Below are positions 1 through 10,553 of a DNA stretch of 64,000 bases, piece after piece. Made by a program: the position numbers and the translations under genes. The stretch covers positions 157-64,156 of the forward strand of contig CANJUR010000010.1 of NCBI GenBank assembly GCA_947477565.1, given 5' to 3'. The notes under the pieces were generated by a model. That model was not told the DNA's origin. It searched no databases and saw nothing but the letters and a program-made list of their open reading frames with translations. The stretch is from Deltaproteobacteria bacterium. GTDB taxonomy: Bacteria; Myxococcota_A; Polyangia; Polyangiales; Ga0077539. Positions within the stretch are counted from its first letter, which is position 1. Each line of letters opens with the position of its first letter.

Positions 1-930
1 CTGTCAAAGTCGGGTCTGTCACGGTCCGGGCGATCGCATTGTGGGTACTAGATTCTACGTCGATGGAGAGGAGGAGGGCTTTCCATTGGACCTCTCGTCC
101 CTCGACCTTTACGACCGCTGCCAGACCGCTTGCTGAGCTGCCGAGGCCTCTCCCCGACGACCGCCCACTGATCTGAAGGTGAGGCCATAACTCCGACGGC
201 CACGTCGCATTCTCGACCCCATCGACGCCGAGGTGCCGTTCGAGACAGTGGTGGCCACGCTTCGTGCCGGGGATGGGATCTTCAGACATCGATGAGCCGA
301 TGGTTTCGTGGGTGCCTTTCAGTCCGGGGGAGGTGGGGCCAAGCCCCGCGCCGCGCGTCAACTGGGTCGCATCGGCGCCCCGTGCGTGGACCCGATCAGG
401 CGTCGCGTCCGGCTATCATCGACCAGGGTCGCACGACTTAACGTCAACGTCGCCTGGTCGGGTACTTCAACCGCTCCAATCGCTTCCATGCCTCGTTGGG
501 TGCAGCAGTTCGGCGCTTCGATGGAGCTCTGAAGATGAGGCCACGCATCAGCTTTTGGGCTTTGGTTGACGACGGTCTGGCGCTGGTGCTGCGAAAGCGA
601 GCGCTGATGGCTGCACGCTCGTATTCCGAAATCCAGGCCGAAGGCCGAACCGAGCAAGGTTGACCCAAGATCGGAGTGCGTGTTAGCAGCGCCGTCCGCC
701 CTGCGCCGACCCGGGAAGATGGTCTGCGTGCGAGGTCCGACGAAAGCAGTCGCGACCCGTAAAATGGGCTCCGAAAGAGTGACCCGATGACACCCACGGC
801 GATCGACTCCCTCGCATCCTACGCAGCGCGCGGCTCCACCACCGCGCTGATGGCGTTTCAACCCGCCTCGAGATCGGGCGGCGGCGGGGCGCACACGTCG
901 CCCGCGGGAGGGGGAGGAGCTAGCGGCGGA

Positions 931-1218
931 ATGATGAACTTCATTATGTTGCCCGCCATCTTCCTGTTCGTTTGGTTCTTCATGCTGCGGCCGATGCGGC
1001 AGCAGCAGAAGGACCAGGAGAGCCTTCAGAAAGGTCTGCGCAAGGGTGATTGCGTGGTCACAAACGGGGGAATGATCGGCACCGTTTTCGAGGTCTTCGA
1101 AAAGGAGATCGTCATCGAACTGGCTGACAAGGTTCGTGTGAAGTTTCTGCGCGACAGTGTGACGAAGAAGTATGAGACCGCAGCGGACGTGAAGCCCGCA
1201 GACGCCGAGAAGAAGTGA
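931..1218 (+). CDS. yajC: preprotein translocase subunit YajC
   Basis: The ORF track frame opens at 787, but the YajC-like part starts at the internal ATG at 931 (MMNFIMLPAIFLFVWFFMLRPMRQQQK). It has one TM segment followed by the conserved GDxVVTxGGMIGTV core. It lies directly upstream of secD-secF, which is the canonical order. Confidence 0.85.
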   Translation: MMNFIMLPAIFLFVWFFMLRPMRQQQKDQESLQKGLRKGDCVVTNGGMIGTVFEVFEKEIVIELADKVRVKFLRDSVTKKYETAADVKPADAEKK

Positions 1219-1237
1219 CGCACCGGAGGCCCGAGGG

Positions 1238-3109
1238 ATGAACAGCGGTTGGTACTGGCGACTGGGGACGGTGCTCTTCGTGATGGTTGCGGCGTTTGTC
1301 GTGCTCTGGCCGAGCATTCCGAAGCTGTCTACTCCGTGGGTTGAGGCGCACATCCCTTTCCGACTTAACGAAGGGCTCGATATCCGAGGCGGAGTGCGCC
1401 TCTCGTATGATGTGCAGATCGGACAGGCGATCGCAGATCGTCGCGCCCGCTCGATGGAGGACTTCCGAGGACAGCTTGCGAGCGACTTCGGCATCCACCA
1501 CGGCGAGGGTAGGCTGACCCCCGACGAGATTACGCGTCTCGCTGAGCGAGTGACGGTCGTCGCAGGTTCGACCAATCGTGAGTTCATTGCCCGTTTTCGC
1601 AACGCGGCGGACGTGTCGCGGGTTAGCGATCGGATGATCACGAACCGTGCTCTCCGGCGGCTTGGTTCTAGCGGTAATACAGTCACTCTGGGGCTTGACC
1701 CCCGTGAGGTCACGGCACTCGAAGATAGCGCGGTGCAGCAGGCGATTCAGACGATCTCCAACCGGATCGACGAACTCGCCGTCAAGGAGACCTCGATTAC
1801 CGCCCGCGGCGAGACGATCGTCGTGGAAGTGCCGGGTGAAGATCACACCTACTTCCAGCAGATCCGGGACATCATTCGCCGCACTGCGCGGCTTGAGTTC
1901 AAGATTCTGGACGACGAGAGCCCCGCGCTCGCCGCAATCATCGCGGGTCAGGCCATTCCGGGTGCACCCGCGGCAACCGAGGGGGCACCAGCTCCTACGG
2001 CGCATCCGCTGCCCGCAGGCATCACTCAGGAGACCGAACTTGCGCCGGTGGGGCCAGGACGCAACAGCCAATCGACCTTCCTGGTTTCGACGGGTCCGAA
2101 CGCCCGACAGCAACTTCAGGATTACCTGGAGTTGATCCGTCCGCTCGTTCCGGAGGGCCGGCAGATCCTCATCGGGAAGTCGGACCGATCGGAAGGGGCA
2201 ACGTCCACCGTCGAAACCTGGCGCACCTACACGGTCTTCAGCGTCGCGCAGGTCGATGGATCGATGATCGATGACGCGCGGGTGTCGGTCGATCCGCAGG
2301 AGAACCGGCCCTTTGTGTCGCTGGACTTCAATCGCCGCGGTGGCGAGGTTTTCGCTCGCGTCACGGAGGAAAACGTCAAGAAGCGCTTCGCGATCGTCCT
2401 CGACGATCGCGTCAACTCGGCGCCGCAGATTCAGCAGCGCATCGGGGGAGGCTCTGCCCGCATCACGCTCGGTGGCGACAGCGACACCCGGGTCGTATTG
2501 CGCGAGGCTAACGATCTAGTCGTGGTGTTGCGGGCGGGTGCGCTTCCTGCTCCGCTGTCCGAAGGCAAGCAAGATTACGTCGGCCCGACCCTGGGTTCGG
2601 ACACTATCAAGCATGCCCGCAACGCGATGATGGTCGGTATCTCGCTCGTGCTCCTGTTCATGGCAGTCTACTACGGCTCGGCTGGGTGGATCGCGAATGG
2701 CGCAGTTCTCATCAACCTTGGGCTGCAGTTGGCGACGATGGTGCTCTTTGGGGCGACCATCACGCTTCCAGGCCTCGCGGGCCTCGCGCTCACGGTCGGC
2801 ATGAGCGTGGACAACAACGTGCTCATCAACGAGCGCATTCGCGAAGAGATGCGTGATGGCAAGACCCTTCGGGCGGCCGTCGACGCAGGATACAACCACG
2901 CCTTTTCGGCGATTTTTGATGGGCACGTCACGACCCTGATTTCAGGGGTCGTGCTGCTGCAGTACGGAACGGGTCCCGTGAAGGGCTTCGCCGTGACGTT
3001 GCTGATCGGAGTGATCGCCAACCTGTTCACGGGTGTGTTCGCCACGCGCGTGGTGTTCGACTGGCTGGTGCGCGGCCTGAAGGTCAAGACCCTCCTCGGG
3101 GGGAAGTAG
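1238..3109 (+). CDS. secD: protein translocase subunit SecD
   Basis: 623 aa. Carries the GLDIRGG motif near the N-terminus and the C-terminal membrane domain motif GMSVDNNVLINERIREE. Sits in yajC-secD-secF synteny. Confidence 0.95.
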   Translation: MNSGWYWRLGTVLFVMVAAFVVLWPSIPKLSTPWVEAHIPFRLNEGLDIRGGVRLSYDVQIGQAIADRRARSMEDFRGQLASDFGIHHGEGRLTPDEITRLAERVTVVAGSTNREFIARFRNAADVSRVSDRMITNRALRRLGSSGNTVTLGLDPREVTALEDSAVQQAIQTISNRIDELAVKETSITARGETIVVEVPGEDHTYFQQIRDIIRRTARLEFKILDDESPALAAIIAGQAIPGAPAATEGAPAPTAHPLPAGITQETELAPVGPGRNSQSTFLVSTGPNARQQLQDYLELIRPLVPEGRQILIGKSDRSEGATSTVETWRTYTVFSVAQVDGSMIDDARVSVDPQENRPFVSLDFNRRGGEVFARVTEENVKKRFAIVLDDRVNSAPQIQQRIGGGSARITLGGDSDTRVVLREANDLVVVLRAGALPAPLSEGKQDYVGPTLGSDTIKHARNAMMVGISLVLLFMAVYYGSAGWIANGAVLINLGLQLATMVLFGATITLPGLAGLALTVGMSVDNNVLINERIREEMRDGKTLRAAVDAGYNHAFSAIFDGHVTTLISGVVLLQYGTGPVKGFAVTLLIGVIANLFTGVFATRVVFDWLVRGLKVKTLLGGK

Positions 3110-3117
3110 GAACCGTC

Positions 3118-4317
3118 ATGGAGTTCAACAGGAGCCACCGCATCTATGACTTCATGGGAATCCGGAAGTACTGGATTGCTCTCTCAATCACCCTCTCGGT
3201 CCTTTCGACGATCCTCCTCTTCAAGCCGGGGCCGAAGTACGGCATCGACTTCATGGGTGGGACCGAGCTGACCGTGCAGTTCGGCGGCAACGTGGACTCA
3301 GGTCGCGTGCGCGCCGTGCTCGATCGCATGGGGCACGACCACTCCGAGGTCGTCCCGACACAGCGCCCGAATGAGTTCATCATTCGTGTCGAAAAGAGCT
3401 CGCCGATCAGCCCGGTTCGTCGCGAGCAGATCCGGCACTCGCTCGCGGACCGTCTGCCGAACACTCCGGGGGCGGGTTCGCTAGGTGACTTTCGCCTGTC
3501 CCCGGGTGGCGATCACCTGGTGGTGCAGCTCAATGACAGCACGCTGTCGGCAACTCAGGTCGCTGAACTCGTGCGCGGAGCGGGCGCCAACGTCCGCGGC
3601 GAGGCGGCCTTGCAGATGGGGGCCCTCGACGACCACCGCTGGCAGGTTCCGCTTGTCGGTATCGGTGATGAAATCTTCCGCGGGCTCGTCGCGCCTGATG
3701 GCGTCGGCGCCGATGGGCAGCTTAGTGCCAGCGTATGGGTGTCCCCGAAAGCAGGAGCTGAACTGCGTTACGCGGCGCTTCGCGCGGTGCTCTACTCCAT
3801 CGTATTCATCATGATCTACGTGGCATTCCGCTTCGACCTGCGCTTCGCGCCGGGTGGAATCCTCGCGCTCTTCCACGACTCCGTGGTGACGCTCGGGTTC
3901 TTCGTGGTGACGCGCAAGGAGGTCACGATCTCGACGGTGGCGGCCATCCTGACGGTGGTCGGCTACTCGATGAACGACACCATCATCGTCTACGACCGCA
4001 TCCGCGAAAACCTCGCGAAGCGTCGTAACTCTCGCATGCTCGATATCATCAACCTGTCGGTCAGCGAGATGCTGTCCCGCACCATCCTCACGTCTTTGAC
4101 CGTCGTGTTGTCGGTGTCAGCGTTTGCGTTTATCGGCACGGGCGTCATCCGGGACTTTGCGTGGGCGATGATCGTTGGTGTGCTCGCTGGCACCTACAGT
4201 TCGATCTACGTTGCCGCGCCGCTCACCGAGTGGATCGACTCCCGCTTCTTCCACACCGAAGCAGCCGATCCGAAGGCCGCTCCGACGGCCGCCGACCTGC
4301 CTGCCCGAAGCGTCTGA
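3118..4317 (+). CDS. secF: protein translocase subunit SecF
   Basis: 399 aa. Carries the GIDFMGGTELTV motif and VGYSMNDTIIVYDRIRENL. Starts 9 nt after the secD stop. Confidence 0.95.
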   Translation: MEFNRSHRIYDFMGIRKYWIALSITLSVLSTILLFKPGPKYGIDFMGGTELTVQFGGNVDSGRVRAVLDRMGHDHSEVVPTQRPNEFIIRVEKSSPISPVRREQIRHSLADRLPNTPGAGSLGDFRLSPGGDHLVVQLNDSTLSATQVAELVRGAGANVRGEAALQMGALDDHRWQVPLVGIGDEIFRGLVAPDGVGADGQLSASVWVSPKAGAELRYAALRAVLYSIVFIMIYVAFRFDLRFAPGGILALFHDSVVTLGFFVVTRKEVTISTVAAILTVVGYSMNDTIIVYDRIRENLAKRRNSRMLDIINLSVSEMLSRTILTSLTVVLSVSAFAFIGTGVIRDFAWAMIVGVLAGTYSSIYVAAPLTEWIDSRFFHTEAADPKAAPTAADLPARSV

Positions 4318-4357
4318 CCGCCCGGTCCGGCGCCCCGCTCCCTCAACTCCCTTTCCG

Positions 4358-5401
4358 TCAATAGGCCGCCGAGATGATGACGTGTGCTGCCGCGAGGCTG
4401 GCTCGACGTGAACTCGGCCTCGCCGGCAACGCGGCGGTCTGCCCGCGGGCGACGAGGACTCCGTCGATCGTGAGGGTACCGTCAATCACAGTGACCGCCC
4501 GAAGACAATCCCAGCCGGGAAGGTCGATGGCGCCCGTACCGTGGAGTCGTGCAACCTGGAGGTGGTCGCTAGGCAGACCTTCCTCGCGACCACAGAGGGG
4601 CACCCAGGTCGGCGCGTCGTGCAGGTCAGGACTCCCAACCCGAAGCCGACTGCGCTCGAGGAGTTTCGCTCCGCGGGGTGCGTCCCACCGCGTGACCGCG
4701 AGGGCCTCTTCGACGTGGAGTGCGCGGGGCTGTCCGGTCGGGTCGGCGCGACCGGCGGCGTCGTAGCGACGGTTCCAATCCCAGTACCGGTAGGTGAGGC
4801 CGCGGCGTCCAGGCAGTACCCGTTGCGGTTCGACCAGGGTGAGTCCGCGACCAATCGCGTGCACGGTTCCAGCTTCGATCAGCAGGAAGTCTCCGACCGC
4901 GACAGGGACGGACGCCAACATCGAAGTGATGTCTCTTTCTGCGCGGAGTGCGTCGCCCAGAGCCTCGCGGGAGACGCCCTCCGCAAGGCCAAGGTACACA
5001 GCCGCTTGTGCCTCCGCGGCCAGCACGTACCAGCACTCTGGCTTGCCTGACTCGCCTTCGCCCAGCGTCGCATCCCCATCGGCGGGGTGGATCTGCACTG
5101 AAAGTTCGTCCGCTGTGTCGAGGAGCTTCACGAGCAGAGCGGTGCTGCTTCGACCGTCTTCCCCCTCACGGCCGAGAATCTCCGAACGCGCGCTCTCGAT
5201 CCAGGAAGCGAGGGTGCCCGCGCCGTCGAGGAGGCGGCTTGGAAAATCGGGCTCAACCGAGAACTCCCAGCTTTCCCCTACGACGCGCTCGCCATCGCTG
5301 CGAAGCAGCGCGTGCTTGAGGTCACCGGCGATGCGGGTTCCGCCCCAGGGCGTGCGGCTGATGGGCGTGAAGTTATCGACCTGAAGAAGCCGTGGTGTCA
5401 C
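4358..5401 (-). CDS. manA: class I mannose-6-phosphate isomerase-like protein
   Basis: 347 aa with GESWEFS, LLVKLLDTADELSVQIHP and GKPECWYVL. These match the type I PMI cupin signature as I recall it. Confidence 0.7.
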   Translation of the reverse strand: MTPRLLQVDNFTPISRTPWGGTRIAGDLKHALLRSDGERVVGESWEFSVEPDFPSRLLDGAGTLASWIESARSEILGREGEDGRSSTALLVKLLDTADELSVQIHPADGDATLGEGESGKPECWYVLAAEAQAAVYLGLAEGVSREALGDALRAERDITSMLASVPVAVGDFLLIEAGTVHAIGRGLTLVEPQRVLPGRRGLTYRYWDWNRRYDAAGRADPTGQPRALHVEEALAVTRWDAPRGAKLLERSRLRVGSPDLHDAPTWVPLCGREEGLPSDHLQVARLHGTGAIDLPGWDCLRAVTVIDGTLTIDGVLVARGQTAALPARPSSRRASLAAAHVIISAAY

Positions 5402-5470
5402 GAGGACCAGTGTAGTGCGCGATGTCGGCGTCCGTCACCGACGTCGTGAAGTGAAGGGGCGTGCAGGAAA

Positions 5471-6700
5471 TTGTCATCGCGAGCGGTGACACTGCTACCG
5501 GATGGTTCAGTGCGCTGGTCCCATTTGTTGATCTCGGGTGTCCTGTTCGCGGGCGCGTCTCCGGCGTGTCGCAGGGCGGGCGCGTCTCCGAGCGTCTCCG
5601 AGACCGCTGAGAATCTGGCCGAGGCAAGCGATGCGCAGACCGATGCCCGGGCGGCGCTCGTCGCGCTGCGGGCGGGACGTGTGGTTCCGGCGGTCGATGA
5701 TGTCGTACAGCGCCTTTCGCTTGTCGGATCAGAGAATCCCAGTAGCCGTCGAACTGCGATGAGCCTCGCTGGCTCCTTGCTCCTGGAGCGTGGTGATCGC
5801 GCACACGACGAGCATGATCTATCGCGGGCGAAGGACTTTCTTATCGCCGCGCTGCCGTCAGGCGGAGCGGCAGTGCCGTGTGAGGACGCCGCATCCCTGG
5901 TCGCGCTCCTCGATCGCGTGGGCGAACACGTGCGCGCACGCATGGTGTTGGGTCCGATGTTGGCGCGATGCGGAGCGGTATCGACGGGGGCGCACGCCTC
6001 GACGCCGAGGATGGGCGGGGCTCGACATCGGCGCGTCGTGATCGATGCCGGCCACGGTGGGAACGACCCGGGAGCCATCGGCCCCACCGGGCTGAAGGAG
6101 TCGGCGGTCAATCTCGACGTCGCGCGGCGCCTCGCGGACCGCCTCGCCCTTCGCTACGGTTTCCAGGTAGCGCTTACTCGCGACAGCGATGTGTTTGTCT
6201 CGCTGGAGCAGCGCGCGGCGCACGCCAATGGCACCACGGCAGACCTTTTTGTGTCGATCCACTGCAATGCCGCGAGCAACCGCGAGGCGCGTGGGATCTC
6301 GACGTTTGCGCTCGAGGACAGCCCACGTGTCGCAGCGCGGCTGACTGCCCGGGAGGGCGAACTGGTTGACGGCGACATCGGTGGCACTTCGGACGTATCG
6401 AGGATTCTCGCGGACCTCAGCCTCTCAAGGAACGGCCGTGATTCGCTCGGGTTCGCGTCTTCGATTCAGCGCTCGCTGCTCCACGACGTTGCGCTGCTCT
6501 ATCCACTGGTCGAAGACATGGGGGTGCACCCCGCGCGGTTTCATGTGTTGGTGACCACGCGGATGCCCGCCGTGCTGGTGGAACTCTCGTTCATCTCGAA
6601 CCTCGGCGAGGAGCAGCGACTCCGTTCCGAAGGGTACCGAGATGTCCTTGCGAGCTCGATCGCCCGCGCCATCGACGAACGCCTCCCGGGTGGCGGCTGA
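5471..6700 (+). CDS. N-acetylmuramoyl-L-alanine amidase (Amidase_3 family)
   Basis: The C-terminal half contains VVIDAGHGGNDPGAIG, VSIHCNA and VLVELSFISN, typical of AmiA/B/C-type amidases. The track start is a TTG at 5471, so the true start is uncertain. Confidence 0.85.
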   Translation: MSSRAVTLLPDGSVRWSHLLISGVLFAGASPACRRAGASPSVSETAENLAEASDAQTDARAALVALRAGRVVPAVDDVVQRLSLVGSENPSSRRTAMSLAGSLLLERGDRAHDEHDLSRAKDFLIAALPSGGAAVPCEDAASLVALLDRVGEHVRARMVLGPMLARCGAVSTGAHASTPRMGGARHRRVVIDAGHGGNDPGAIGPTGLKESAVNLDVARRLADRLALRYGFQVALTRDSDVFVSLEQRAAHANGTTADLFVSIHCNAASNREARGISTFALEDSPRVAARLTAREGELVDGDIGGTSDVSRILADLSLSRNGRDSLGFASSIQRSLLHDVALLYPLVEDMGVHPARFHVLVTTRMPAVLVELSFISNLGEEQRLRSEGYRDVLASSIARAIDERLPGGG

Positions 6701-6714
6701 GGGTTGTTCCGCCC

Positions 6715-9429
6715 GTGGTGGCCGTCCATGCTGGCGCTTCAGTGAGCGCCCAAGGTTTCCACTCGCCATTGCCCGCCGAGGCCCTCGCGGTATTTCGCGC
6801 GCAGGTCACAGAACTCCGCGCCGCCGCGCTCGCCGGTCTCGGCGGATCGACCCACGCCCGGGCGGTTTCCGATGCCTATGACACCCTGCTCGCGGCGCAC
6901 GTCTCCGAGCGCTTCGCATCCGCTCCGAATGCGCGGGGTGATGGGCGCATCGCACTTCTCGCGGTGGGCGGCTACGGCCGTCGGCAACTGTCTCCCGGGA
7001 GCGATCTCGACCTGGTGCTGGTCGCTGATCGCCCCGAGTCGCCTGCGGTGCGCGAGCTCGCCGAGGCGATGCTCTATCCACTCTGGGACGCGAAGATCAC
7101 GGTCGGACACTCGGTGCACGATGTGGACGGTCTCATCACCGAGGCGAAGGAAGACCTTCGGACCCGGACGATGCTGCTCGACCTACGCTTCCTCGCAGGG
7201 GATGTGGAGATCTCGGCGGCGCTGCGCGATCGGTCCGCGGCGCTGCGCGGGGAGCGCGAACTAGCGACGTTCATCGATGCGCTGGCCGACGAGTTGCGCG
7301 AGCGACATGAGCGCTTCGGCGCGACGGTCTACCTGCTCGAGCCTGACGTAAAGCTCGGTCGTGGCGGGCTTCGCGACCTCGACATCATTCGGTGGGCGTT
7401 GCGGGCGCGGGTTCGGGCAGACGACTTCGGTGGCGCCCTCGGCTTCGGTGCATTGTCCCAGCCGGAGCATGACTCGCTCGAGGGCGCGAGAGAGTTCCAT
7501 CTGCGCCTGCGGGCGGCGCTGCATGCGAGGGCAGGACGAAAGAGCGACCGGGTCACCTTCGACGCACAGGAGGAGTGCGCCCAGGCGCTCGGGTTCTTCG
7601 ACGAGGCCGAGGCGGCGATCGACCCGGCGCGCGCGGTGGCGTCCGCAGCGGAACGCTTGATGTCGGAGTTCTACCGCCACGCTCGGACCGTGGCAGCGAG
7701 GCTGCCGCACGTGCTCGCGCGCTGTCGGCCCGCTCGCACACTGGATCATTTTCGTCGCCCGCAAGCGCTCGCTGATGGCGTCACCCGCTTCGACGGCGCG
7801 GCATGCCTCGCGTCTGCGGACGGACTCCAACGCGATCCGAGCCTCGCGCTGCGGCTGGTGGAGACCGCGTTGCTCCACGATCTGCCGGTCGCCGCCTCGT
7901 CGCGCGCCAGCATCGCGAGCGCCGCATCCGACGTCGCGTGGTGCGCCCGACTGCGGGAGTCGGCCGAATCCGGTCGGTGCTTCCTACGCCTGCTCGACCG
8001 CGCGCACCGAGCCGCTTCGGGCACCGACGACGCTGCGGTCTCTGGCACGCCTAGCAACGCGCGAAGCGTCCTCGCAGACCTGCACGACCTGGGTCTCGTG
8101 CTGGCCCTGATCCCCGAGTTTGCTGCGGTGACCGCCCGCGTCCAACACGACGTCTATCACGTGTACACCGTGGACGTTCACTCGGTGGCCGCGGTCGATC
8201 GTCTGCATGCGCTCAGCCGTGGTGACCTCGGTCCGGACTTCGCGCTCGCCTCGCGGTTGATGGCCAGCATCGACCGCCGGGAGGTCTTGCTGCTCGCGAC
8301 CTTGCTGCACGACATCGGCAAGAGCCACGGACGGGCACACAGCAGGGTGGGCGCGGAGATGGCTCCGACGATCGCCACCCGCCTGGGGCTCGATCGCGAG
8401 GATTCGATGACCGTGGGCTGGCTCGTGCTCGAACACCTCACGCTCTACCATCTGGCGACCCGCCGCGACCTGGCGGATCCATCGACGGTCGCTCAGGTGA
8501 CGGCGCTCGTCGGCGACCAGTGGCGGCTCGAGGCGCTCTTCCTACTGACGGTGGCCGACCTCTCGACGACTTCACCGACCGCGATGACGGCCTGGAAGGC
8601 GCGCCTGCTTGACGAACTCTACGGGCGCGCTGCGGAGGCGCTGCGGGGCGAGGGACAGAGCGCAGGCCGACACCGCGAGGGACTCGTCGCTCGGGTGCTC
8701 GAAGAGACTGCGGACGTCGGTGTCGCCCGGTGGGTGCGGTCGATGCCTACGCGCTACCTGCAGGCGTCGGCACCGCGCGATGTGCAGCGGCATGCCCGCG
8801 CGCTCCACGATGTCGCGATGGGCGAGTCGCGCCTACGGATGCAGCCGATCGAGAATGCCGTGGGCGCCGGGCTCTACGAGGTGCTCGTCCATGCGCCCGA
8901 CCGCGCGGGTCTGCTGTCGGACCTGACGGCGCTGCTCTTCGCCCACCGGCTGGATATCCAGCGGGCGGAGATTCACTCCGTCGGCCCTGATGTCGTTGAC
9001 GTGTTCGTGGTGCGCCATCCCGACCCGACCTCCCGCGAGTTGCTCGGGCTGGAGGCGCGCTTGTCGCAACTGCTACAGAGTGTGGTCGAGGGGCAGCTCG
9101 ATGCGGAGTCCGTGATCTCGATGATGCGCGGTCGCGGCGGTATCGCGCGGCCCGAGCCGTCCGTCGAGGCCCGCGTATCTTTACATAATGATGTAAGTGA
9201 CGACGCGACGGTAATCGAGGTGTTTGGTCGAGACCGTCCGGGGTTTCTGCATACGGTGGCGCGAGCGCACCATCGCCTCGGGTTGGAGATCAGGGTGGCC
9301 AAGGTGAACACCGAGGGGCGGCGGGCCGCGGACGTCTTTTACGTGACGACCGAAGCGGGCGCGAAGGTGCCCCTCGCGCGGTTCGATGAAGTACGGGCGA
9401 TGCTACTGCAGGCCGTGGAGGCAACATGA
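6715..9429 (+). CDS. glnD: [protein-PII] uridylyltransferase/uridylyl-removing enzyme GlnD
   Basis: 904 aa. Has the nucleotidyltransferase motif GGYGRRQLSPGSDLDLVLV and the HD domain motif LLHDIGK. The C-terminus has two ACT-like repeats (YEVLVHAPDRAGLL and IEVFGRDRPGFL). Confidence 0.9.
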   Translation: MVAVHAGASVSAQGFHSPLPAEALAVFRAQVTELRAAALAGLGGSTHARAVSDAYDTLLAAHVSERFASAPNARGDGRIALLAVGGYGRRQLSPGSDLDLVLVADRPESPAVRELAEAMLYPLWDAKITVGHSVHDVDGLITEAKEDLRTRTMLLDLRFLAGDVEISAALRDRSAALRGERELATFIDALADELRERHERFGATVYLLEPDVKLGRGGLRDLDIIRWALRARVRADDFGGALGFGALSQPEHDSLEGAREFHLRLRAALHARAGRKSDRVTFDAQEECAQALGFFDEAEAAIDPARAVASAAERLMSEFYRHARTVAARLPHVLARCRPARTLDHFRRPQALADGVTRFDGAACLASADGLQRDPSLALRLVETALLHDLPVAASSRASIASAASDVAWCARLRESAESGRCFLRLLDRAHRAASGTDDAAVSGTPSNARSVLADLHDLGLVLALIPEFAAVTARVQHDVYHVYTVDVHSVAAVDRLHALSRGDLGPDFALASRLMASIDRREVLLLATLLHDIGKSHGRAHSRVGAEMAPTIATRLGLDREDSMTVGWLVLEHLTLYHLATRRDLADPSTVAQVTALVGDQWRLEALFLLTVADLSTTSPTAMTAWKARLLDELYGRAAEALRGEGQSAGRHREGLVARVLEETADVGVARWVRSMPTRYLQASAPRDVQRHARALHDVAMGESRLRMQPIENAVGAGLYEVLVHAPDRAGLLSDLTALLFAHRLDIQRAEIHSVGPDVVDVFVVRHPDPTSRELLGLEARLSQLLQSVVEGQLDAESVISMMRGRGGIARPEPSVEARVSLHNDVSDDATVIEVFGRDRPGFLHTVARAHHRLGLEIRVAKVNTEGRRAADVFYVTTEAGAKVPLARFDEVRAMLLQAVEAT

Positions 9430-10442
9430 AGTCCAGAAAGAACGCGCGGTGGGCGTTGGCGCTAGCGGTGGTGCTCGTTGCGACGAATGCCGTGGCGCAA
9501 CGTCCACGGCTGCCGTTTCCAGTGCGCGGACTCGGCGCCGAACCGACGCCCGCAGAGCGCGAGTACACCGCCGGGGAGGTTCTGCTGCGAGGTGGTGACA
9601 TCGAGGCGGCGGAGAGGCATTTCGTGGCGGCCAGGGGCCTCGACCCCCGTGACGCCCGGGCGGTCTTCTACCTGGCCGAGGTCGCGCGAATGCGATCGCA
9701 ATGGACGGTCGCCGAGGCCCGGTACGGTGAGGCGCTGGGGCTCGACCCGACGATGGTTGAAGCGATGGTCCAGAGGGCCGTGGCATTGCGTGAACTTTCC
9801 CGCCCGCAGGACGCCATTCCATGGCTTCGGCGCGCCCTGCAGCGCGCGCCCATGCTGGGGGAGGCGCAACTCGATCTCGGGCTGTGCCTCGAGGATGTGG
9901 GCGACGTGGCTGCGGCCATCGTGGCGTTTCGAGCGGCGTCGGCGCGTCTCCACGGCGACGCTCGCGCCCCGCTGAGTCTTGGTTTACTGCTCGCCGATCC
10001 CGCGCGCGTGTTGGGGGCTGCGGAGCGTACCGAGGCCATCGGGGTCTTACGGGAGGCGATGCGCCGCGCCCCGTCGGACGCCGCGGTGTTGAGCCTCGCG
10101 GGGCCCGTTCTCCGTCGGCTGGGCGAGGCGCGCCTCGCTGTCGATGCGCTTCGGCGCGCGGTGCAACTGACGCCGACCACTTCGCTGCGCATCGAACTCG
10201 CGCAGGCGATGTGGGCTACGGGCGACCGGCCGGGTGCGCTGCAACATGCACGGGAAGCTTCGCAACAGTCCGCGGGAGATCAGTCGGCACGCTACGTGCT
10301 GGCCCTGATGTTGGCCGAGCAGGGCGACCTCGCGGCGGCGACCGTGGCACTCCGGGCGGTGATCGCGGGCGCCTCGGATGCAGCCCTGCGGGAGCGCGCG
10401 AACCTTGCGCTGCGACGGTTGGACTCGGCTCGGCCGCGCTGA
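9426..10442 (+). CDS. TPR-repeat protein, secreted
   Basis: 338 aa with an N-terminal signal-like segment (WALALAVVLVATNAVA), followed by repeated Ala/Leu-rich 34-residue TPR-like units. Its ATG overlaps the glnD stop (ATGA at 9426-9429). Confidence 0.7.
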   Translation: MKSRKNARWALALAVVLVATNAVAQRPRLPFPVRGLGAEPTPAEREYTAGEVLLRGGDIEAAERHFVAARGLDPRDARAVFYLAEVARMRSQWTVAEARYGEALGLDPTMVEAMVQRAVALRELSRPQDAIPWLRRALQRAPMLGEAQLDLGLCLEDVGDVAAAIVAFRAASARLHGDARAPLSLGLLLADPARVLGAAERTEAIGVLREAMRRAPSDAAVLSLAGPVLRRLGEARLAVDALRRAVQLTPTTSLRIELAQAMWATGDRPGALQHAREASQQSAGDQSARYVLALMLAEQGDLAAATVALRAVIAGASDAALRERANLALRRLDSARPR

Positions 10443-10553
10443 ACGAACGCACGGTGGCGTTGCGTGCTTGTTTCGGAACGGCGAAAGAGCTAACGATACG
10501 TCACAAGCCGACTGTGTTCGGGGTTCAGGTCACCCACCGGGCGGCACAGGGCG

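Noticed and set aside
358-1713. Long antisense or out-of-frame ORFs throughout the track. Examples: 358..1713-, 1112..2113-, 16839..17843+, 18057..19094+, 24820..25887+, 35439..36896+, 40393..41361-, 40452..41573-, 41440..42567-, 53184..54632+, 54857..56701- and 57011..59035-. The same applies to the N-terminal extensions of 20256..21962+, 42683..44197- and 52986..55994-.
   Set aside because: They overlap genes with strong motif support on the other strand or frame, and they are Arg/Pro/Gly/Ala-rich with no recognisable motifs. This is the expected behaviour of stop-poor frames in roughly 70% GC DNA.
10449-10473. Hairpin GCACG-N9-CGTGC followed by TTGTTT after the TPR gene, a candidate intrinsic terminator.
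   Set aside because: It has only a 5-bp stem with a 9-nt loop and a weak U-tract. That is too marginal to call.
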